Assembly: GCF_964204645.1 (NCBI RefSeq)
Contig: NC_134025.1
Coordinates: forward strand, 31,414,299-31,478,298
Length of the DNA stretch: 64,000 nucleotides
Reading direction: 5' to 3'
DNA from: Tubulanus polymorphus
Lineage: Eukaryota > Animalia > Nemertea
Position 1 is the first letter of the stretch. Every line of letters starts with the position of its first letter. Of this stretch, positions 58,568 to 64,000 are shown piece by piece. The notes under the pieces were generated by a model that searched no databases, was not told the DNA's origin, and saw only the letters and a program-made list of their open reading frames with translations. The translations under genes were made by a program, and so were the position numbers.

Positions 58568-59638
58568 ATGGATAGAAACTTAACGACTCAAGCCGAGCCG
58601 GTTGACAATGGCTATCGTGTTAGTTGCGGGGTTAGGGTATTCAAAGCAATTTACGACATATATGTTAATCTTTTCGGAGCCTTCCCCGTAATGATACTCG
58701 GTATAATATTAAACATTTTGGTTATCGTTACATTACGAGCTCCGAGTTCAACTCACATCTCGTTTTATCTTTTACGCTGGTTGGCTTTTTGGGACATCAT
58801 GTTTCTGATATGGCGCGGTATGCAAGGACCAGTACGTTATTTACTAGCGTGTCTGATACAAGGAGAGTATGTATTTGAAGTACATCATCATTTCGCGTAC
58901 ATACCATGGGTTTATGTTATAGCGCATTTACCACGATATGCATCTCAATTAGCACGCAACTACTTAACTGTCGGTGTCGTCGTACAACGAACTTTATCAA
59001 TTTTATTTCCATTTTTTGCTAAACGTACTATTACAAAATTTCGAATCAAAGTCATGATGGTTGTAGTTTTTATAATTTCTGCGGCAATGTATAGCCCTTA
59101 TTTCGCTACCGTTAAAATTGTTTATTTTTGGGATGTCTGCACAAAAAGTTTTCAAGTGGATCTCCGTAAAACAAAGGAATTGAAAGCTACTTTCTCGACA
59201 ATTTTTGGTGTTTACGGACCAATTTTCAAGGAATATGTACCTATTTTATTATTAATTATTTTCAATACAATTATGATAATAAAACTGCGACAAATTCAGA
59301 ATAAGCGTAAAGAAGATTTCACATCACACGGAGGTGAGGATAAAAATAGAAATATTGATGTTAAAGCTACTAAAATGGCGATATCAGTTGTTTTGGTTTT
59401 TATTGTTTTTGAAGCACCTGGTTCTTTGTCAACGGTATATAAACAGATACACGCTCGCTTCAAGAATCTTCCTCCTTTACCAGACCTATGGAATGACTTT
59501 GTTAATCCGACTTTTAGCGCTCTTTTTACAATGTTGAATTCTTCATCTAACTTTTTCTTGTATTGTATTGTAAATAGTTCGTTTAGGAAAACAGCTCTGA
59601 AACTTATACGAGACCGATGTAAACGAAACCCGAAATAA
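58568..59638 (+). CDS. Intronless class A GPCR, FMRFamide-receptor-like / putative chemoreceptor (GPCR-B)
   Basis: 7TM ORF with GIILN, LAFWD, RNYLTVGVVVQRT..FP, FIVFEAP, LNSSSNFFLYC..SFR and an NLT sequon. ATG at 58568 follows a pyrimidine-rich TTTAG acceptor at 58541. Confidence 0.92.
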   Translation: MDRNLTTQAEPVDNGYRVSCGVRVFKAIYDIYVNLFGAFPVMILGIILNILVIVTLRAPSSTHISFYLLRWLAFWDIMFLIWRGMQGPVRYLLACLIQGEYVFEVHHHFAYIPWVYVIAHLPRYASQLARNYLTVGVVVQRTLSILFPFFAKRTITKFRIKVMMVVVFIISAAMYSPYFATVKIVYFWDVCTKSFQVDLRKTKELKATFSTIFGVYGPIFKEYVPILLLIIFNTIMIIKLRQIQNKRKEDFTSHGGEDKNRNIDVKATKMAISVVLVFIVFEAPGSLSTVYKQIHARFKNLPPLPDLWNDFVNPTFSALFTMLNSSSNFFLYCIVNSSFRKTALKLIRDRCKRNPK

Positions 59639-59935
59639 TCAAATGAAATGTCAAACTCGCTGAAGTTTTCACATTTAGAAGGTCGTCTCTAATTTAAGTC
59701 AAAATTTGTATTTCCAACACAATCAACTAAATATAAGTGATGAACATAATGATCGTCCTAAGTACGTCGACTTCAGCTTGTCCTAAAACCCAAAACATGT
59801 CCCAAAAACCAAAAAATATCCCAAAAAGGTTGATTGTTTAACTATTTTCGTCCCGAGAGTTTTGTTCTATTTCAAAATTTAGAATGACTCCACCCTGTTA
59901 GATGGGGCTACACACTCTAGGACCCCTCACTCTTA

Positions 59936-60330
59936 ATTCAATCTTAGTCTCCACTAAGAGACAATTTTAACAGATTCATACAATAAAACTATAGAACCTG
60001 AGGCTTATACAGATTTCATACTGCTGATAATAATGCTTGATAACGTATGATTTCTAGTAATACCACACGGAATGGTCCGGTAAAGTAAGTACAGATCCGC
60101 ACCTCTCGTCAATTATATTAAATATCACTGTTTCACGGTCAGAATGTCATCAGCAATTCAGTAAATTAGTGTATTTTATGATATCTTCACCTGCAGATTT
60201 CAAACTCGTCCGGTTAAATTAAGAGTACTTGCCGAGTCAAATATCCTTTGGCATTTTCTTTCATCGATGTTTTTATTTGTATCATTGTTATTGCGGGACG
60301 TATGAGAAATTCAGAAAGAAAGCCTTTAAA
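59936..60330 (+). pseudogene. Heavily deleted GPCR-A remnant downstream of GPCR-B
   Basis: cactaagagacaatt..aacagattcat, tgctgata..gcttgataac, ttcaaactcgtccggtt, tttggcattttct and tgagaaattcagaaag match the upstream, N-terminal and TM7 parts of 44835-45940 in order. Confidence 0.75.
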
Positions 60331-61129
60331 AAGAGTATAGGCCTATATAGAATTACATAGGAAAAGTCGAAGAGGCCAGTCATACTAAATTCTCGGCATA
60401 AAAACTAGTATCATCTCGCCGTGGATTGCGTCCCCAGGGATTTATTCATATATCTCATACTAGAATGTCGTTAAAACGCATCCCCTGGTTTTTAACATTT
60501 CAAAAGCTTTTTCAAATAGAGGACCCCCGAATCCCCTACCAGTGCTTGGCCGGACCAATGTGTGTCCTCCTTCTGCCGGTCCTGAATTCATCGTAACTGT
60601 TTTTTGTTGGTATTTTTTGCTAGCTCAATGACTCGTTTCAGATATCGTTGAGGTTTAATATGCTACCGTAAATACATTCACTATCGTGTAAAAGCAATAC
60701 AATTTTCTATTATGGAATTTCGCTTTAGCGAAGTTTATTTCGCTATCGCATATGAACCTTTTTCTTTGGTACAAAATAACTTAAAAACGAAGCTTAGTTT
60801 CTCTTCGGAACTTTCAAAATATTCAATGCAGTAACAAAATCTCTAACCCTATTGAATTTCATCGGAATGCGTTGCTCATAAATTAATTAATCAATTTATT
60901 TATTTGTCCGTTTGAACTACATTTTGTTTCAGAAGAATAGACGCGCTTTCACATATATTCGGCCGTGCTTCACACGTGTGCGCGCCACCCAAGACTCGCT
61001 GCAATCCCTCGCGTGCCGGGCCTAGTAGTTTTCCGGAAACTGCAACGGATTCAACTGCCAGGGTTCGTAAATGATTCACGGGCCGGTCGTGAAAAGCAGT
61101 GAATCTTATAGAAGGGCAGTGAAATGTGG

Positions 61130-61387
61130 GTGTTACTAAAACTATGCACTACTAAAACGAAGACCTATGCACTTTGCGATATCAAATCTATGCACGATTA
61201 AGACGAAAACCTTAGACCTGGATTGGACTCATTAGAAATCATCACTCGGGGTGCGGCGCTATCTGTGTGTTCAACCACCTCTCTGCCAATGAGTGCAGGC
61301 AATACCAGATATGAATTGGTGTCAATTGATCGTTTTTCTCGGGTGCATATAGTCTTCGTTTTTACTAGTGCTATGTTTTAGTAACAC
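61130..61387. mobile_element. MITE with ~45-bp imperfect TIRs
   Basis: gtgttactaaaactatgcactactaaaacgaagac / gtcttcgtttttactagtgctatgttttagtaacac. Confidence 0.65.
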
Positions 61388-62664
61388 TTGTAACAACGAA
61401 TGACAAATTGCAAAATCAATCATATTTATTCTCATACAACAATTATACAAAATGCCAGGGTTGTGCCCGAGGAATTATAACGTAAGCTCCTCAAACACGT
61501 GGACTTTCAAAAACAACTAGTCCAACTACCATAGGCGTATAAACTATAAACAAGACGCCCATATAGCCTAAAAAAATAAATTGTCTGACAAACTTCATAT
61601 AGTACAGTGTACGTTCGTAGTTCACACCATGCACGTGGAAAGTGATGAGTAAGGGAAAACCCCGGCACTACCATCTCGTGAAAATCATGTTTGTTCGGCT
61701 CTAAAGATGACTCATGATTGCGGCGCTGACATGCGGCTGCATATGCTATATAGGTCAATGATCCAGTTATTTAATTTTACTGATTTAAGACAAATGAGTG
61801 TTTTTTTTCCTATATCGAGGCTGATCCCAGTTGTCGATTAAATAACGTCTTTTTGTGAATCCTACTCTATGAAGAAACTATATGGTGTAGAAGTAACGAT
61901 TGGGGAAGGGGGTTTATGGTATTTCAGTAATGTTTTCAAATATAAAAACGAATCTTGGAGTAATGGATCCGTTAAAATTATAGGAAAGATGATTTTAGTG
62001 GTCGCCCCGGAATTTGGGTCAGATTCGCGTCCGAAGTCCTGTACGTCCGAGTTAATCCGAGCCTGTGGCCGCAATTTAGGAATGAACGGAATCCCCATTG
62101 ATGTCGTCATACGCCTTGTTCAGGAAACCCCTCCATAAAAACCGTGAGTTTCACTTTTTTGAAACATATTTTACTGTAAGAATCAATGTTTATATGTTCT
62201 GATTTAAACCTGCGGCTGCAAAAAACTCAGAAGCCTAGATTAGGGATTAGGGGAGGGGGTATAGGCCGGATAATTGAAGAGACCAGCTTTGATGTATGTG
62301 GCGTGATGTGTTAGTTTGTTGCGCTCTTCTCTCCCCCCACCCCCTCCATGACTCCATGATTTGAAAGTTTAACAATGTGTTTCCATGCCTACATACCAAA
62401 CATCAGTTGGGCCTGACACTAAACGTTTTTGACCCCAGTATCCTAGGTAATATATAGCCTATGATAGCACCTAGGATACTGGGGTCGAAAGTGTTCGTGT
62501 CATTTCCATGTCGGTTCCACTCTTCAGTTCAATATCAGTAAGTTGTAAATTCTTACATGAAACGTTTACTATGAAGCCTCTCCTAATTTCCACCAGTATA
62601 AAACGACCCTTGCTATGTCCCATCATTCCTAATAGCCGTAGTCTAACCCAAGAACACCTGCAAT

Positions 62665-62785
62665 CACAGGGACTTGACACATAAGGCTTTTGACCCCAGT
62701 ATCCTAGGTACTATATATAAAAAGTATTTTTATATTCAGTACCTAGGATACTGGGGTCAAAATCCTTTTGTGTCAAGTCCCTGTG
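62665..62785. mobile_element. Fold-back MITE with 8-bp TSD (P- or hAT-type); truncated copy at ~62412-62491
   Basis: CCTGCAAT is duplicated at 62657-62664 and 62786-62793. The element is almost fully palindromic (cacagggacttgacaca..tgtgtcaagtccctgtg). Confidence 0.85.
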
Positions 62786-63433
62786 CCTGCAATTTTAGAT
62801 TGCCACATTATTTACCTATTGCTCTTTTCTTCATTTTAGAATTAATATTTTGATTGTTTATTAATGAGTCGAATAATTGGGCGTTTAGTCCGATCATTGA
62901 CGACAACATCATCACTAATTAAACCTTCATCAATATTCATAAAACCAGCAGCAGCAGCAGTGCGATCTACACCAGGATTCATAGTCAACTTCCGCAGGTA
63001 AATGCATCACAAACCTAGTACAGTGGCCTCCACAAGTTTTAAACATCTCTCACATTAAGATTTATATCGATTTCAATCACTACACATTTTATAATAATTA
63101 TTTAATTGTAGTAGTAAAAATACTGAATACAGTTAAACTCACGACTTTGTTTGGATCAGTCATTGTCCCATACTGATGTCATCTCTATTTTAGAGTCTCA
63201 AAATTTGTATTTCTAATTCAATTCAGTGTAGGCCTAAGTCATTGTCATTGTGATAAATTATCGTCACAACTACAATGACGCTGAGCGAGTTTTACTGTAA
63301 TCAGTTCACTAAAACCTATCATCACTGCTTTCTGTGCCCGAGTTCTTTTTACGTAATTTAGTTGAAACGTTTGTTTAATTAGTTTTTGATTTGTTTCTCG
63401 ATGGTTAGTTGTATTTCTGGCCGACGGGGAATA

Positions 63434-63492
63434 ATGGCGTCTCCGCAAGTCGTTGAAAAAGCTAAAGAATTACGAGCAGAACGGCAACGCAG
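63434..63492 (+). CDS. Probable first coding exon of a gene continuing beyond the window (MASPQVVEKAKELRAERQRR...)
   Basis: ataATGg start context, coding-like charged peptide and an AG/GTTAGA donor followed by T-rich intron. The product is not identified. Confidence 0.5.
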
Positions 63493-64000
63493 GTTAGACT
63501 TATAGCGCCATCTATAGTCTATTTGTGTAAATGTCTGCTTCATTTTACGCTGTTGCTTTGTATATACTCAATTTGCTTTTCCTTGTTTCTCCTTCCTGAG
63601 TTCGATGGCATCAATAGAGAAGTTGTTTTTTGTTCATGGTTTTTATTTTTGATCTACAGTGATCTAATGTCTGAAAAGAGGTAAAGAAATAAAACACCAT
63701 TTCTGATATATTCTGAAATCTAAATTTTGACGTTTCTATTTTTAAACTCTGTTATGAGTGGAAGACATTTTAATGTTTGTTTGCTTTACTTGTCCTTGTT
63801 TTAGCTTTTTGTGTCTCATGTCAAACTCTTTCTCTCGCTTCAAAACAACACTAATAAATAATGCGGTTCAGTTTCTTATCTCTTCAAAAATTAATCATTT
63901 CAACCATTTAACTGAAATCCTCGCTTTACAGAGACTAGCATGTTTTTTTTTTCTAATCTTTCTTCAGTTTGTTGTTCATTTTATTTGAATAACTTTTTGT

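Noticed and set aside
61507-62680. Short ORFs at 61.5-62.7 kb
   Set aside because: No recognisable domains or consistent splice structure; they overlap repeat-derived DNA.

Overview
AT-rich eukaryotic genomic DNA. It is probably from a non-arthropod invertebrate such as a lophotrochozoan; this is inferred from the gene content, the compact GT-AG introns and the TTAGGG-type repeats. In order, the window holds: (1) the 3' ~55 coding exons of an LRP1 orthologue (68-29147, +); (2) an MCT8/MCT10-type SLC16 transporter (33833-39450, +); (3) a birth-and-death cluster of intronless FMRFamide-receptor-like rhodopsin GPCRs, with two intact genes (44894-45985, 58568-59638) and several pseudogene fragments that look like decayed copies of one two-gene cassette; (4) Nup37 (47911-50044, +); (5) an unrecognised minus-strand gene with a Cys-rich N-terminus and possible alternative first exons (50705-55568); (6) the probable first exon of another gene near 63.4 kb. 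Non-coding DNA is rich in MITEs, SINEs and minisatellites. The most notable observations are a TSD-flanked perfect 54-bp palindrome in an LRP1 intron that carries a minimal hammerhead-ribozyme core on both strands (Penelope-like), a candidate in-frame 45-nt Pro-rich cassette exon between the two NPxY motifs of LRP1, and reciprocal pseudogenisation of the duplicated GPCR cassette. All coordinates were read by hand and may be off by a few bases.
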